Shown here: in pieces, positions 27,850 to 38,929 of the stretch
Position numbering within the stretch: position 1 is the first letter of the stretch
How the letters are laid out: each line of letters begins with the position of its first letter
From: Caldisericaceae bacterium
GTDB taxonomy: Bacteria > Caldisericota > Caldisericia > Caldisericales > Caldisericaceae
Assembly (NCBI GenBank): GCA_049967855.1
Contig: JBMFRX010000010.1
Span: forward strand, 1-54,778
Reading direction: 5' to 3'
Length of the DNA stretch: 54,778 bases
Notes under the pieces: generated by a model
What the model was told of the DNA's origin: nothing
The model's database searches: none
What the model saw: the letters and a program-made list of their open reading frames with translations, nothing else
Position numbers and translations under genes: made by a program

Positions 27850-29133
27850 ATGTATATTGAAGAAGCTCGAAACTTTGTAGACCAAAACGTTGAGATAAAA
27901 GGCTGGCTTTACAACAGCAGGTCGAGCGGCAAAATTATTTTTCTAATCGTGAGAGACGGAACTGGAATTATGCAGGCTGTTGTTTCGAAGAGTGAAGTTG
28001 GTGAAGAACTCTTTGAGATGGCTAAGAGCCTCACACAGGAATCTTCAATCATTGTCAAGGGAAAGGTTCACAGCGAGGAAAGAGCCCCTGGTGGTTTTGA
28101 ACTGAATGTGAGCGAGATTTCTGTTGTGCAATTAACCGACGAGTATCCAATCACTCCAAAAGAACACGGGGTTGGTTTTCTTATGGACAACAGGCACCTG
28201 TGGCTCAGGTCGCGGAGACAGTGGGCAATCCTCAGAATTAGAGCAGGCATTGAGAAAGCTCTGATGGATTTTTTCAACGCCAGAGGATTTACAATGGTTG
28301 ATGCACCAATTCTTACACCAAACGCGTGCGAAGGTTCTACAACTCTTTTTGAAACTGATTACTTCGGAGAAAAAGCATTTCTATCTCAGAGTGGTCAGCT
28401 TTATATGGAGGCAGCTGCTATGGCTCTGGGAAAAGTTTATTGTTTTGGCCCAACTTTTAGGGCAGAAAAGTCCAAAACGAGACGTCACCTTATGGAGTTC
28501 TGGATGCTTGAGCCTGAAGTTGCCTATATTACATTCGAGGAAAACCTCAAACTACAGGAAGATATGATAGTTTACGTTGTTGAGCACATCCTTACTAACT
28601 ACATTTCAGAGCTTGAAGTTATTGAGAGAGATATTAAGCCTCTCGAGAAAATTGAGGCACCATTCCCTCGCCTGCATTACAGAGATGCGATACAGATTCT
28701 CAGGAAGAAGGGCTATAACATAGAATTTGGCGACGACTTTGGCGGAGATGAAGAAACTGTTTTAGCGTCGGAGTTCGAAAGACCTGTATTTGTTCACCAT
28801 TTCCCTGCTTCAATAAAGGCTTTCTATATGCAGCCAGACCCTGAAGATCCAGAAACTGTTCTGGCAGCAGACTTATTGGCACCCGAAGGGTACGGTGAAA
28901 TTATCGGCGGCAGCCAGAGAATCCACGACTACGACTTACTGCTCAAGAAGATGAAAGAAAACAACCTCTCAATCGATGATTACAAGTGGTACCTTGATTT
29001 AAGGAAGTATGGCAGCGTACCTCACGGAGGATTCGGTATAGGACTCGAGCGAACGTTAGCCTGGATTGCAAAATTGCCACACGTTAGGGAGACAATTCCA
29101 TTCCCTCGCCTGTTTGAAAAAATATATCCATGA
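27850..29133 (+). CDS. asnS: asparagine--tRNA ligase
   Basis: AGGAGG RBS before ATG 27850. OB-fold (GWLYNSR, VRDGTG), [31 protein letters not shown]. Confidence 0.96.
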   Translation: MYIEEARNFVDQNVEIKGWLYNSRSSGKIIFLIVRDGTGIMQAVVSKSEVGEELFEMAKSLTQESSIIVKGKVHSEERAPGGFELNVSEISVVQLTDEYPITPKEHGVGFLMDNRHLWLRSRRQWAILRIRAGIEKALMDFFNARGFTMVDAPILTPNACEGSTTLFETDYFGEKAFLSQSGQLYMEAAAMALGKVYCFGPTFRAEKSKTRRHLMEFWMLEPEVAYITFEENLKLQEDMIVYVVEHILTNYISELEVIERDIKPLEKIEAPFPRLHYRDAIQILRKKGYNIEFGDDFGGDEETVLASEFERPVFVHHFPASIKAFYMQPDPEDPETVLAADLLAPEGYGEIIGGSQRIHDYDLLLKKMKENNLSIDDYKWYLDLRKYGSVPHGGFGIGLERTLAWIAKLPHVRETIPFPRLFEKIYP

Positions 29134-30146
29134 CAAGAGAGACGGAGATACAAGCCGTATCTGTTTTGAACGACATCAAAAATAAAGATAAGCCCCTTAT
29201 GAGGGCTTATTACCTTTTCGGTGCCAATAACGACTACCTGAAGAGTCAGATTATAGCGAGTATTAAGGAGCGCCTTGTGAACGATGAGTTTGCCTCTTTC
29301 GATTTTATCACTCTCAGTGCAGACAGCCTCACCTCATTCAATGAAGTTGAGTTTGCGGTAAATGGCCCTCCTTTTGGTGAAGCCAAACTTGTAGTACTGA
29401 GAAACGCTCATACCCTGTCAAAGCACGAGTCAAAAAGATTGAGTGAGCTTATTGTACCTGATTTCTGCACGTTGATAGTTGTCTCCGACAGCGACAAACC
29501 TGCTTTAAACCTGCTTAGAGACACAATAATAGTTAACAAGTACGATGTTAGTGAGGAAATGGCGAAAGCCTGGATCAAGAGCAAGTTCAAAGCAGAGGGT
29601 CACGAAGTATCTCAAGATGCAATAAAGGCACTTATCGAGAGACTAAACGGTGATTTTGCATTGCTCGACCTTGAAATAAAAAAGGTTTCATTATACGTAG
29701 GCGACAGGGTGAAAGTTGAAGTCAAGGACATCCTCGATGTCGTAGAAAATATTCCAGAGCAAGGCATCTATGAACTTATAGACGCCATTGTTTCAAGAAA
29801 TAAAGAGCTGGCAGTTGCCCAATATCAGAGAATGACCTCCTCAGCGAATCCAGTTCAGGAAAATATCCTGCTATCAGAACTTCTGAAAAGCTTTACTGAA
29901 ATCCTGCTGATTAAGGATATGCTTAACAAAGGAGTGAAGAGTAACGATGAGATTGCCGAACATCTCAAGCGCATATACTCGATAAATTTCAATAAATATG
30001 TGGTCGCCAAAATAATTAAAAATACCGAGAAGTATTCCCTCAAAGATATCTTTTCTCGGTTTGAAATTCTTCAGGAAATAGACACAAAAAGCAAAATAGG
30101 GGAAATCGAACTTCCCCTTGCATTGAAATTGTTTGTGGAGACTTAG
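29130..30146 (+). CDS. holA: DNA polymerase III delta subunit
   Basis: [31 protein letters not shown]. Convergent with rpsT, as is typical. Confidence 0.85.
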   Translation: MTRETEIQAVSVLNDIKNKDKPLMRAYYLFGANNDYLKSQIIASIKERLVNDEFASFDFITLSADSLTSFNEVEFAVNGPPFGEAKLVVLRNAHTLSKHESKRLSELIVPDFCTLIVVSDSDKPALNLLRDTIIVNKYDVSEEMAKAWIKSKFKAEGHEVSQDAIKALIERLNGDFALLDLEIKKVSLYVGDRVKVEVKDILDVVENIPEQGIYELIDAIVSRNKELAVAQYQRMTSSANPVQENILLSELLKSFTEILLIKDMLNKGVKSNDEIAEHLKRIYSINFNKYVVAKIIKNTEKYSLKDIFSRFEILQEIDTKSKIGEIELPLALKLFVET

Positions 30147-30152
30147 AAAGTT

Positions 30153-30407
30153 TTACTGGCTACTCTGCTTGGCATTTAAGTGCTTCATTAAATGTGACTT
30201 TCTTCTTGCAGCAGTATTCTTGCTTAAAAGGCCCTTTGACTCTAATTTATCAACAATCTTTATTGCATCTTTAACCTTCTCGTCTGAAAATTCAGACTTC
30301 TTTGCAAAATCCATAGCCTTATCAAGAGAGGTCTCAAAGTAAGCATTCCTTGCTCTCTTCTTAATATCCTGTCTTGCAGACTTCTTTGAAGCTTTTAAAA
30401 TTGGCAT
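30153..30407 (-). CDS. rpsT: 30S ribosomal protein S20
   Basis: MPILKASKKSARQ...KNTAARRKS, AAGGAGG RBS. Confidence 0.95.
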   Translation of the reverse strand: MPILKASKKSARQDIKKRARNAYFETSLDKAMDFAKKSEFSDEKVKDAIKIVDKLESKGLLSKNTAARRKSHLMKHLNAKQSSQ

Positions 30408-30435
30408 TAAATACCTCCTTAAGATAATCTTATAT

Positions 30436-30463
30436 AGGTTATCAAAATTTCAAATTATGTCAA
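30436..30463 (-). promoter_or_regulatory. rpsT promoter
   Basis: TTGACA-N16-TAACCT on the minus strand. Confidence 0.55.
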
Positions 30464-30580
30464 GAGTAAAAATTCCTTCCTCTTGCAGAAAAGTCATTAA
30501 CTTATTCTTCCACTTCTTCATAATCTCTTCACACTTGCATACTAAACTTAACAAAACATAACAATTTAGGAGGCAAAAAG

Positions 30581-31876
30581 ATGCTTTCAGCAATCCGTAA
30601 TTCTTTTCGAAGTTTGATTAGAAGCCCGTTAAGGACCGTTCTAACTGTCTTAATCCTAACAATCAGCATTGGACTTTCGCTTGTGATGCTCACCGTTAAT
30701 GGAGCTTATCAAAATGAACTCAATACAATAAGTACTCAAGTTGGAACAGATGTAACTGTTCGGTCTGCAGGTTTCTTCGGTAATGCAGGAGGAGGAGAGC
30801 CCTTAAATGAAAGTGATGTTGACAAGATTGCAGGCCTTACTCACGTAGTCGCAATCTCAAAAACGGTGCAGGCAAGGTACACCGGCACAAATTTAGTCTC
30901 CGCAATACAGCCTGGGACGTTGGGAGGCCAGGGGGCACAGTTTCCGACAAATAATTCAGGTAGTAATCGAGCCTTTAGAATGGCCATTCAGGTTACAGGA
31001 ATGGATGTTACAAACAACAGTCAGACTCTTGCCAGTGGAGGTACAATTAACATAACAGAGGGGCGGCCTTTTACCTCTAATGAAAGTAATTCCGCTGTTG
31101 CTCTCATTGGTAAAGACCTTGCTACTGCTAACAATTTGACTGTTGGGTCAAAGGTTAACTTAAATGGAACAGATGTCCAAATAGTGGGCATATTTGATAG
31201 CGGTCAGGTTTTCGGCAACAATATGATAATTCTGCCTCTAAAAACGGCAGAGACAATCTTTGACATAAAGGGGATAACAGACGTGACCGTTACTGTGGAT
31301 GATGCAAACAATGAAGATGCAGTGGTGTCAGAAATTAGAACAATTTTCAATGAAAACACGGCAGACATAACGACAAGCGCAAGTATGTATGAGAGGATTA
31401 GCACGCCAATAAACAATGCTATCAGCACAAGCAGGTTGGCGATGATAATTTCTTTCATTGCCTCAGGCATAATAATATTATTCTCGGTGATACTTATGAT
31501 CAGGCAGAGAGTCAAGGAAGTTGGTATAATGAAGGCAATTGGTGCATCAAATATTTGGATTGCAGGGCAGTTTGCATTTGAAACGTTTTTCATTTCTGTT
31601 ATCGGCTCGCTATTCGGGGCACTTGTAACATTCCCTCTCGCTAAACAGATAGGGTCTCTCTTAGTCTCTGCTGGAAGAGCAGTAACGGCAAGTAACAGAG
31701 GTGGCTTTTTCGGAGGCGGTACAGTAACCAGGATTGGAGGGGCATCCATCGCAGTAAACCCAACAATTTTCATTTACGCACTTGCAATTGCTGTTGGTCT
31801 TGCCCTCATTGCAAGTCTTATTCCAATGATTTATATAGCTCAAGTGAAACCTGCGGAGGTGCTTAGATATGAGTAA
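30581..31876 (+). CDS. MacB/FtsX-like ABC transporter permease
   Basis: RSPLRTVLT N-terminus, periplasmic core, [22 protein letters not shown]. Confidence 0.9.
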   Translation: MLSAIRNSFRSLIRSPLRTVLTVLILTISIGLSLVMLTVNGAYQNELNTISTQVGTDVTVRSAGFFGNAGGGEPLNESDVDKIAGLTHVVAISKTVQARYTGTNLVSAIQPGTLGGQGAQFPTNNSGSNRAFRMAIQVTGMDVTNNSQTLASGGTINITEGRPFTSNESNSAVALIGKDLATANNLTVGSKVNLNGTDVQIVGIFDSGQVFGNNMIILPLKTAETIFDIKGITDVTVTVDDANNEDAVVSEIRTIFNENTADITTSASMYERISTPINNAISTSRLAMIISFIASGIIILFSVILMIRQRVKEVGIMKAIGASNIWIAGQFAFETFFISVIGSLFGALVTFPLAKQIGSLLVSAGRAVTASNRGGFFGGGTVTRIGGASIAVNPTIFIYALAIAVGLALIASLIPMIYIAQVKPAEVLRYE

Positions 31877-32570
31877 CGACGAAATTTTCATACGCCTCAC
31901 TGATGTCGTAAAAAACTTTGGAAGCGGTACTACAAAAGTTGAAGCAGTCAATGGCGTAAGTTTTGACCTGCCAAGAAATAAGTTTGTCGTTATAAAAGGA
32001 GCAAGTGGAAGCGGCAAGACCACCCTGATGTATCTAATAGGCGCACTGGAGCAGCCAACCTCAGGGCGTATTATCGTAGACAATATGGATGTTTCAAAAC
32101 TGAGAGGAAATGAGGAGACAACGTACAGATTAAGTAAAGTTGGATTTATCTTTCAGAATTATTATCTTATCCAGAACCTTACTGCCCTCGAAAATGTGAT
32201 GCTCCCAATGGAACTTTTAGGAACTAAGAATAAAACCGAGAACGCAAGAGAATTACTGAAGCAGGTTCAAATAAACGGAACTAAACAGAATAGGTTCCCA
32301 AGCAGACTCTCTGGCGGAGAACAACAGAGAGTGGCGATTGCGAGGGCCCTTGCAAACAATCCATCAATACTTCTTGCAGATGAGCCTACGGGTAATCTTG
32401 ACTCAAGAAACGGTGATGTGATAATTAACATTCTAAGAGAGCTTGTAAAACAAGGAAAAAGTGTAATTATATCTACTCACGACAGCAAGATTGCTGAAAA
32501 CGCAGATATTCTTATTGAAATGAAAGACGGGAAAATTGTAAATTTCAAATACTCAAAACAACTGTCATAA
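31869..32570 (+). CDS. ABC transporter ATP-binding protein (LolD/MacB type)
   Basis: [25 protein letters not shown]. Confidence 0.95.
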   Translation: MSNDEIFIRLTDVVKNFGSGTTKVEAVNGVSFDLPRNKFVVIKGASGSGKTTLMYLIGALEQPTSGRIIVDNMDVSKLRGNEETTYRLSKVGFIFQNYYLIQNLTALENVMLPMELLGTKNKTENARELLKQVQINGTKQNRFPSRLSGGEQQRVAIARALANNPSILLADEPTGNLDSRNGDVIINILRELVKQGKSVIISTHDSKIAENADILIEMKDGKIVNFKYSKQLS

Positions 32571-32628
32571 CACTTGAATCGAAAATAACACATTCCTTTC
32601 AAGCGTTTTACATTTTTCTTTGGTACTA

Positions 32629-32656
32629 TTGCACTAATTTGAGAGTTGAGTATAAT
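32629..32656 (+). promoter_or_regulatory. sigma70-type promoter
   Basis: TTGCAC-N16-TATAAT upstream of the membrane fusion protein gene. Confidence 0.55.
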
Positions 32657-32701
32657 ATAAAAAATAATATAAGTAATAAAATAAATAATTGGAGGCAATT
32701 T

Positions 32702-33931
32702 ATGAAGAAGACTTTATTAACGGGTGTTTTGCTCTTAATTGGCATCTCGTTGATTTTTACTGGTTGCGCTGCTCAAGGCCAGGGTGGCAACGCACTGCAA
32801 ACTTACTCAGCAACTAAAATGGATTTAAGTTCAGAGGTCAATCTGAACGGAACGGTGAATTTCGACCCAGAAGTATCAGTTTACTCCAGGACGTCGGGTA
32901 CTGTGCTCAATGTTTATGTTAGCCAGGGAACAAAAGTGTCTAAAGGTGACAAGCTTCTTGATCTCGATGCAACACAAGCACAGGCTAATTATCAGAATGC
33001 TAATCTGGCTTATAAATCAGCACAACTTTCGTACCAGCTGGTTTTAAATGCAGAGAAAGATCTTGAAAGCAATTTGACCCAGGCACAGTTTAACCTTAGT
33101 TCAGCTGAAGCCTCATACGACTTTGCAAAAGCAAATTACGATTCCGTCTCTTCAAATGATAAGTCAACTGACTTACAGATAAAGCAAGCTTTGCAACAAC
33201 TCAAACAGGCTGAAGCCAGCCTCAATAGCGCGAAATCTTCGGTAGATAGTGCAAAAAGACAAATCGATAACAACAAATTAAAGATAGAGCAATCAAAGAT
33301 TCAGGTTGACCAATCCAATTTGTCGGTAAATAATGCCCTTAAGAGCCTGAACGACTTCACTATAAAAGCTCCAATTAATGGCGAAGTTTTAGAGCTGCCA
33401 GTTGCAGTGGGGCAGACCGTTTCTCCAAATATGCCTGTTGCGATTATTGGCAATTCCAGCAAGTACAACATTGTTGCCTATGCTGATGAAATTGACGTTA
33501 CCAAACTGGAGAAAGAGCAGAAAGCTTCAGTAACTTTTGATGAGCTTCCTAAGCTTAAACTTGACGGGATTATTTCATCAATCGGATTAAAGGAAATCAC
33601 TCTTCAGGGAGCATCTGCCTTTGAAGTTGATGTTTCAACTAGCGCAACAAACAGCGCAATTAGAAGTGGATTCTCTGCAAATATCACAGTGATAACTAAC
33701 TCAAAAAACAATGTGCTTGTTGTCCCAATTTCATCAATTGTAACTCTTGCAAATGGCAAAACTTATGTTGATAAAGTAAGTGACAAAGGCAGTGTTGAAA
33801 GAGTCGAAGTAGTCACAGGTATTGCTGGCAACGTATATGTGGAAATAGTATCAGGCCTGTCTGAAGGAGATAAGGTTCTCATAATACCTCAATCCAACCA
33901 GAACAATGCTTTTAGCCAAATGGGTGGATAA
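32702..33931 (+). CDS. efflux periplasmic adaptor (MacA/HlyD-like) lipoprotein
   Basis: GGAGG RBS, lipobox FTGC, lipoyl half motifs, long coiled coil, IKAPINGEV, GLSEGDKV. Confidence 0.92.
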   Translation: MKKTLLTGVLLLIGISLIFTGCAAQGQGGNALQTYSATKMDLSSEVNLNGTVNFDPEVSVYSRTSGTVLNVYVSQGTKVSKGDKLLDLDATQAQANYQNANLAYKSAQLSYQLVLNAEKDLESNLTQAQFNLSSAEASYDFAKANYDSVSSNDKSTDLQIKQALQQLKQAEASLNSAKSSVDSAKRQIDNNKLKIEQSKIQVDQSNLSVNNALKSLNDFTIKAPINGEVLELPVAVGQTVSPNMPVAIIGNSSKYNIVAYADEIDVTKLEKEQKASVTFDELPKLKLDGIISSIGLKEITLQGASAFEVDVSTSATNSAIRSGFSANITVITNSKNNVLVVPISSIVTLANGKTYVDKVSDKGSVERVEVVTGIAGNVYVEIVSGLSEGDKVLIIPQSNQNNAFSQMGG

Positions 33932-33935
33932 GAAT

Positions 33936-34658
33936 ATGAGTGATTTTTTGATTGAAGCCGAGAACATTACAAAAATTTACAAGCTTGGCGAGGTCGAGGT
34001 CCCAGCTTTGAGAGGTGTTTCTATTAATGTGACAGATGGAGAGCTAATATCAATAATTGGCGCCTCTGGTTCTGGCAAATCGACGCTTATGCACCTCTTA
34101 GGATGCCTTGATACGCCGACCTCAGGGAAGTATTTTCTTGACGGGCTCGACGTTTCGAGGTTGACCGATGCGGAGCTTTCGAAAATAAGAAACAGCAAGA
34201 TTGGTTTTGTTTTTCAAACATTCAACCTTTTGCCACATCTAACGGTACTTGAAAACGTTCTGCTTCCAGTTCAGTACAATCCAGATGCTAACGTTTCAAG
34301 CAAAAGGAAGAGGGCAACTGAGTTACTCGAGGCATTCGGTTTGCAGAATAGGCTCAAAAATAAACCAACACAGCTGTCAGGTGGAGAGATGCAGAGAGTA
34401 GCAATCGCAAGAGCTCTAATTAATGAACCTCGAATTGTATTTGCCGATGAGCCTACAGGAAACCTTGATTCTAAAACAGGACTTGAGATAGTTCGCATAT
34501 TCAAAGAACTGAACAAACAGGGAATTACCGAAATCATTGTAACACACGACCTGAACATTACGAGGTTTACAGAGAGGGTTATAAACATTAAAGACGGTCT
34601 TATTGAAAACGAACAAAGAAATAAAGTAGTAGAAGAAGTTGAGGAGGAAGGAATATGA
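33936..34658 (+). CDS. ABC transporter ATP-binding protein (MacB type)
   Basis: [25 protein letters not shown]. Confidence 0.95.
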   Translation: MSDFLIEAENITKIYKLGEVEVPALRGVSINVTDGELISIIGASGSGKSTLMHLLGCLDTPTSGKYFLDGLDVSRLTDAELSKIRNSKIGFVFQTFNLLPHLTVLENVLLPVQYNPDANVSSKRKRATELLEAFGLQNRLKNKPTQLSGGEMQRVAIARALINEPRIVFADEPTGNLDSKTGLEIVRIFKELNKQGITEIIVTHDLNITRFTERVINIKDGLIENEQRNKVVEEVEEEGI

Positions 34659-35854
34659 AAGCGCTAAGGATAGTAAGGATGGCCTTTGACTCGCTGAAGC
34701 TTAATAGGATGAGAACATTCTTATCTGCGCTTGGCATTGTTGTGGGAGTAGCCTCGCTCATCCTAATAACATCGTTTGGTTATGGCGCGCAGCAGTCAAT
34801 TGTAGGAAGCATAAACAACTTAGGCTCAAACGCTCTTTTCATAGTGCCAGGGAAGACTTCCAACGTCAGGCAACTTATGGGCGGAGGAAACTCTACAATC
34901 ACCAAACCATTGACATACTCCGACCTTGAGTTCCTTAAGTCACAAATCAGCGGCATAATAATTTCTCCAGCCTCTACAACGACACGAACAACGGTTAAGG
35001 TGGGACAGAATGAGATAAACGTTACAGTATCGGGAGTAACTGAAGACTTCACTTCGGTATTCGGGTACAATCTTTCTTCTGGTCGAACTTTCTCGACATA
35101 CGACATTAAAAACTACAGCAACTACACAGTTTTAGGAAGTTCCATTGCAAACACTTTGTTTGGAAGCGACAATCCTGTGGGACAATCAATAAATCTTCTC
35201 GGCACAAAGTTTTATGTAATTGGTGTTCTGGAGAAACAGGGCTCGGTTGGTTTCACTAATGTTGATAACAATATCTTTATACCAATAACAAAGCTCATTG
35301 CAATTACAGGGAAAGACTCGCTTACTTCAATTGAAGTGAAGCCACCTTCTAATATACCGAAGGAAGTTCTATCTGCAACAATTACGACTCTTCTAACTGC
35401 AAGGCACGGAACCGATAATTTTACAATAACCGATATGACGCAGTACGCAAACCTTGCAAATACTGCGACTTCAATTTTGACAACCGCCCTTACTATAATA
35501 GGACTTATTGCGTTACTGGTAGGAGGCATCGGGATAATGAATATTATGCTAGCGTCTGTGGCAGAGAGAACGCGTGAAATCGGCATTAGAAAAGCTGTCG
35601 GAGCAAGTAGACTTGACATACTAATCCAGTTTGTTGTCGAGGCAATGGTGATAACGCTGGTTGGCGGTACAATAGGCATACTGATTGGAGTCCTTGGGGC
35701 AAAGGTTGCAAATGCGCTTTCCCCAACTGCTATAACGACTAGCTCAATAATAATTGGATTCAGCGTATCCGTTCTTGTAGGACTCTTCTTTGGTGTGTAC
35801 CCAGCAGTTAAGGCGTCAAAACTAAATCCAGTGGAGGCGCTCAGGTACGAGTAG
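34655..35854 (+). CDS. MacB-like ABC transporter permease
   Basis: RTFLSALGIVVGV, GGIGIMNIMLASVAERTREIGIRKAVGA, PVEALRYE. Confidence 0.95.
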   Translation: MKALRIVRMAFDSLKLNRMRTFLSALGIVVGVASLILITSFGYGAQQSIVGSINNLGSNALFIVPGKTSNVRQLMGGGNSTITKPLTYSDLEFLKSQISGIIISPASTTTRTTVKVGQNEINVTVSGVTEDFTSVFGYNLSSGRTFSTYDIKNYSNYTVLGSSIANTLFGSDNPVGQSINLLGTKFYVIGVLEKQGSVGFTNVDNNIFIPITKLIAITGKDSLTSIEVKPPSNIPKEVLSATITTLLTARHGTDNFTITDMTQYANLANTATSILTTALTIIGLIALLVGGIGIMNIMLASVAERTREIGIRKAVGASRLDILIQFVVEAMVITLVGGTIGILIGVLGAKVANALSPTAITTSSIIIGFSVSVLVGLFFGVYPAVKASKLNPVEALRYE

Positions 35855-35889
35855 GTAATTCTTATTTTGAATCCTTTAAGAACTCAATC

Positions 35890-35930
35890 GCAGGCTATCT
35901 ACAAATCCCCATATGGTAGCCTGCTTTTTT
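35890..35930 (+). terminator. intrinsic terminator
   Basis: GCAGGCTATC...GGTAGCCTGC stem followed by TTTTTT. Confidence 0.7.
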
Positions 35931-36312
35931 AATCCTCCCTTCTTGCTAAGTTTACAACCCAAAACCACTGATTCAAAATATGTGCGAGCATCTTTTACTA
36001 GAGTTTGATGCATTTCAATGTTCGACAGAAAAAAGAACCTATTTTTGAGAAATTAACTAAACGATGGAATGCAGATTTTACAAGAGCAATATGCCTGTGC
36101 ATAACTAAGCAATAGTATCCTATTGCATAGTAAAAATTAATTCCAACTTCGCTGACTTTGGTGAGAAACGCCAATTCAAATTAGGCTGTAAGAGGACTTG
36201 AGCAAAATTGTTCAGAAGTGGCCATTCCTTGAAAGATATGATTGCCGAATGAACTTTTATATTACGAGCTAAAGAAAACTCAAATTATTGGCTTTTACAC
36301 GCTTCATTTTTT

Positions 36313-36337
36313 AAAGCCCTCAGTAAAAGAGGGCTTT
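36313..36337 (-). terminator. terminator-like hairpin downstream of CGGC gene
   Basis: AAAGCCCTC-N7-GAGGGCTTT. Confidence 0.55.
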
Positions 36338-36365
36338 CTGCGCTTCCAAAAACTTCTATAAAATA

Positions 36366-36812
36366 CTAATCGTACGATAGACGAGTTTTCTCATCAGTTA
36401 GAGTTGCTTTTATTATTTCGCGCCACTCATCCGTATCCCACGTTCCAAGTTTGGAATGGACTTTAAGATATTTCTCAGGGATTGGGTGAGTGCCAATAAC
36501 GACGGGAACTTTAAATTTCTCCTCAATGAACTTCTTAAAGTAGGAAACATAAGGGCAGGGAGGATAACCCACAACCATTCCAGTAGCGAGGTGAATCACG
36601 TTTGCCCCATTCTTGATCATTTCCTCTGGAGCATACTCAATATTGCCACCAGGACATCCGCCACAAGAGGTGTAGCCAACCAATTCAACTTCTCTGCCCT
36701 TGTAGATACTGAAGGCGCCCTCTCTATCCCTGAGAGACCTGAGGCACTTTCCGCCAGCACAACTCTTGTACCTGTCACATATAATTATTCCGACTTTTAC
36801 TTTGTCTTCCAT
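36366..36812 (-). CDS. CGGC domain-containing protein
   Basis: IIICDRYKSCAGGKC, YTSCGGCPG, IHLATG, PPCP, GTH. Confidence 0.92.
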   Translation of the reverse strand: MEDKVKVGIIICDRYKSCAGGKCLRSLRDREGAFSIYKGREVELVGYTSCGGCPGGNIEYAPEEMIKNGANVIHLATGMVVGYPPCPYVSYFKKFIEEKFKVPVVIGTHPIPEKYLKVHSKLGTWDTDEWREIIKATLTDEKTRLSYD

Positions 36813-36834
36813 TTGTTCCTCCTATTCTTTATTT

Positions 36835-37602
36835 TTAAGGCTGTAGCACTTCGTCCACATTACCGTTAGATGAAATAATAACTTGGTATCCAGGTTTCAA
36901 GTAATTTACAGTTCTAGTAATTTCTGCTCTAATTGCTCCAACTTTGCACGAACCACCACCCACATCCATAAGCTCTTTGCCGAAGTCAACCTGGATTGAA
37001 TTGCCCGTTTCCTTTACAAAATTCACTGTAAGGTTGTTCGGTGTGCTTGCAAAATAACCATCAGTGAGCTCTTGCTTTGTAGGGCCATTTATTAGCAACA
37101 TTACAGAATCGAGAACAGGGTTCTTAGAGTTCTCTGAAATTCTTCTTGCGACAGGAAAAACTTTAGTGCAGTCTATCATATCTTTGTTAAGAACCGTATT
37201 TCCATAATACACTTCAATTTTCTTGAAAGGTACATTGTAATTTACAATCGTTGTGTCGCTTGCAGTTATGGAACCATCTTTCGGAGAAGTCACAAAACAT
37301 TCAACGCTGATTGTGTCAGTCTGCGGGAAAATTCTAAGAGAAGCATCTAAAACAAAATCGCCAATCTTAGACATATCCGAGGCATTAGTAACAACAGGGC
37401 CTTCATAGAGATTGTTGTTCAGACCGTCAACTATTTTTACACCAATAGTACTCTCGAAAGCTCTTCCGCTTCCTTCAATGTGAATAGTTCCGTTAGTATT
37501 AACTGAGGCTGACTTAATACTAACTTCATTTTGAGCTGCTTTTGAACAACCGCTCAACAATAACCCAACAACAAGCAAAAGAAAAAGCAAATTTCTCTTC
37601 AT
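36835..37602 (-). CDS. lipoprotein with Gmad2 Ig-like and GerMN domains
   Basis: Lipobox LSGC, GRAFEST, SPKDG, LINGPTKQE, VDF, GGS. Confidence 0.82.
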   Translation of the reverse strand: MKRNLLFLLLVVGLLLSGCSKAAQNEVSIKSASVNTNGTIHIEGSGRAFESTIGVKIVDGLNNNLYEGPVVTNASDMSKIGDFVLDASLRIFPQTDTISVECFVTSPKDGSITASDTTIVNYNVPFKKIEVYYGNTVLNKDMIDCTKVFPVARRISENSKNPVLDSVMLLINGPTKQELTDGYFASTPNNLTVNFVKETGNSIQVDFGKELMDVGGGSCKVGAIRAEITRTVNYLKPGYQVIISSNGNVDEVLQP

Positions 37603-37618
37603 ATCTTCCTCCTTTCAT

Positions 37619-37648
37619 TTAGACTCAGTACACCTCACAAAAGTTACA
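37619..37648 (-). promoter_or_regulatory. putative ECF sigma-factor promoter
   Basis: TGTAAC-N18-GTCTAA directly upstream of the AAGGAGG RBS. Confidence 0.45.
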
Positions 37649-37653
37649 CACGG

Positions 37654-38841
37654 CTAAGCTTTCCTGAACAAATCCTTATAGTCAAAGGCGGTGTTGTAGA
37701 TTCTTACGATTGTTTCAATGCTCAGAGGTTCGCGTGCATTTACTATCCCTTTTCCGCCATCATCTGCAATTGCCATTAAAGCCAGCTTCTCAAAGGAATC
37801 TTTCTTAACGCCGAGTTCTTTCAAAGAAGTGAAGGCTTCTATATTTTTCATCCAGTGCACAATTCTCTCTACCGTCTTAGTTGGGGAATCAGTTGAAAAG
37901 ATTGCCTGCCCAAACGTTTTGAGACGGTCTGAATGCATTCCAGTTGTTTCATGCAAGAAGGCGGGCATAATCGCAGCCAGTCCTCTGCCGTGAGCAATCC
38001 CATAAACTCCGGATAGCGGGTGCTCAAGTCTGTGCATTGGGTGAGGCCCTCTTCTGCCAGCATTTGGGAGCCCTGAAAGAGCAAGGGTCGAAATCCAGGA
38101 TAGAGATTCTCTTGCCTCAATGTTCTTTAAATCATTTGCAACAACCTCTCCCTGTTTGATAGTTTCTCTGAGTAACCCTTCAGAAATCCTATCGCTTACA
38201 GGAGAGCTTGCCTTTGACGAAAGATAGCTCTCAAATATATGAGTGAACATATCGACAACTCCGTCAATAGTCTGCTTCTTTGGAATACTTAACGTCAAAA
38301 GCGGGTCTACAATTGAAGTAACAGGAAAGAAAGCTTGATTGAAAATGCCTCTCTTGTCCCTCGTCTGAGAGTTGGTAACAACTGCTGCTGAGTCGGCCTC
38401 AGAGCCCGTAGCAGCAACCGTGACAACGGCTAAAATTGGCAGTATTTTGTCGGGAATCTTCGCTACAGGTGGCCTCTCACAATAGTTCCACACAGGCTCG
38501 CCAGAAATTGCAACCGCAGCTATCGCCTTTGAAGCATCAATTACGCTGCCACCTCCCAGCGCAATTATGAAGTCTACTTTTTCCTTCCTCGCAATTGAAC
38601 CGCCTCTATCGATAGTTTCTGAATCAGGGTTTGGTCCAACTTCGTCGAATTCTACAAATTCGACAGTGTTCCGTTTTAGCAAGCTCTCTGCTTTTTCGAG
38701 GAGCCCTGACTCACGCGCGAATCTCTTCCCTGTTACAATCATCGCTTTACTTCCGATTAGTTTTGCTTCAATTCCAAGTTTTTCAAATTCTCCTTTCCCA
38801 AATATTATTTTTGTGGGTAGTTTAAAAACAAAGTTTTCCAT
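37654..38841 (-). CDS. iron-containing alcohol dehydrogenase (butanol dehydrogenase-like)
   Basis: PTKIIFG, GGGSVIDASK, TVAATGSE, D..TH..E, HRLEH, IAHGRGL. Confidence 0.93.
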   Translation of the reverse strand: MENFVFKLPTKIIFGKGEFEKLGIEAKLIGSKAMIVTGKRFARESGLLEKAESLLKRNTVEFVEFDEVGPNPDSETIDRGGSIARKEKVDFIIALGGGSVIDASKAIAAVAISGEPVWNYCERPPVAKIPDKILPILAVVTVAATGSEADSAAVVTNSQTRDKRGIFNQAFFPVTSIVDPLLTLSIPKKQTIDGVVDMFTHIFESYLSSKASSPVSDRISEGLLRETIKQGEVVANDLKNIEARESLSWISTLALSGLPNAGRRGPHPMHRLEHPLSGVYGIAHGRGLAAIMPAFLHETTGMHSDRLKTFGQAIFSTDSPTKTVERIVHWMKNIEAFTSLKELGVKKDSFEKLALMAIADDGGKGIVNAREPLSIETIVRIYNTAFDYKDLFRKA

Positions 38842-38876
38842 TGCTATTCCTCCTTGTTTTAATTATACTACAATTC

Positions 38877-38908
38877 AAAAAAAAAGGGGTAGCTACACCC
38901 CCCCTTTT
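38877..38908 (-). terminator. intrinsic terminator of rubrerythrin operon
   Basis: On the minus strand, GGGGT-gtagct-ACCCC followed by a T9 run. Confidence 0.7.
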
Positions 38909-38929
38909 CCTAAAGAAAAAATTCCAAAC

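Noticed and set aside
35931..36312. Intergenic stretch with palindrome GCAATAG-N4-CTATTGC (36109-36126) and a 35-aa ORF
   Set aside because: Lies between convergent terminators, with no RBS, repeat array or recognisable RNA motif.
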